A DNA stretch of 64,000 nt, taken from assembly GCA_032718475.1 (NCBI GenBank), contig JAUCBJ010000491.1, forward strand, positions 55,950 through 119,949. Direction: 5' to 3'. Source of the DNA: Nemertoderma westbladi. Taxonomy: Eukaryota; Animalia; Xenacoelomorpha. Below, one piece after another: positions 63,507 to 64,000 of the stretch (position 1 is the first letter of the stretch; every line of letters begins with the position of its first letter). Under the pieces are notes generated by a model, which saw only the letters and a program-made list of their open reading frames with translations, searched no databases and was not told where the DNA came from. The translations under genes and the position numbers were made by a program.

Positions 63507-64000
63507 ACAGTTCAAATATAGAGTCATTGTCTACTGTACTATGGAAACTCGGAATCTTTGTGATTGAGATATGCGAAAGTGGTTGGAATTGTCTAAACCT
63601 TCGAAACGGTTTATCAATGCCTAATAGGAAATTCCACAAAATTTTACTGAGTATTTATGAATAAAGATAACCTACTAAAAGTATCTGACTATATATATGG
63701 GCAGTTTATTTGTGGTGATAGATAATAGCAGGCGTGGGGGGGGGGGGGGGGGGGGGGGGGTGGCACGTATAATTATATCTTCTAAACTCCAGGAGAACAT
63801 CAAGAAGTACCTGACTACAACACAAATATAAACCTGGAACAGTGGATCTTTAGAATAGCACGTAACTGTAACCTGTTCCTTTCTCACAATTGCTAATTAA
63901 CATTGATGATCTTACACATTGTATTTTATTTAGCGTAAATAACCCTTCATGTACCTCTATATCAAAATCAACGGAGTGCAGGCAACATCAATGAAAACTG

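Noticed and set aside
63530-63620. Candidate upstream exon of the tropomodulin-like gene (ALINRFEGLDNSNHFRISQSQR)
   Set aside because: The acceptor is plausible, but there is no convincing phase-2 donor and only weak similarity.
59960-63760. Long poly-G/poly-C runs (also at 14845, 45925, 52071 and 52263)
   Set aside because: Mostly parts of TE termini or repeat families; homopolymer lengths are unreliable and there is no further structure.

Overview
AT-rich eukaryotic (invertebrate metazoan-like) genomic DNA, not prokaryotic. A minus-strand, intron-rich gene spans about 44.3 kb down to beyond the left edge. It encodes an N-terminal RUN domain followed by long coiled coils and most resembles FYCO1. 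I could assemble 12 exons with GT-AG junctions and consistent phases; the start exon was not found and the 3' end lies outside the window. Its introns are inflated by large tandem arrays and by transposons (RTE LINE, PIF/Harbinger, hAT- and Kolobok-type non-autonomous elements, tRNA-derived SINE-like elements). The main observation is that most arrays are anchored exactly at splice sites. In three introns the repeat unit is the exon-end/5' splice-site junction itself, amplified about 3x (48 bp), about 240x (34 bp) and about 420-440x (24 bp). A fourth array starts about 5 nt after a donor, and a fifth multiplies the branch-point/polypyrimidine tract of an acceptor. The right third is TE-rich intergenic DNA with a hammerhead-like motif inside long inverted repeats and the last exon of a divergent tropomodulin-like gene. 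All homology calls are from recalled family motifs; no searches were run.
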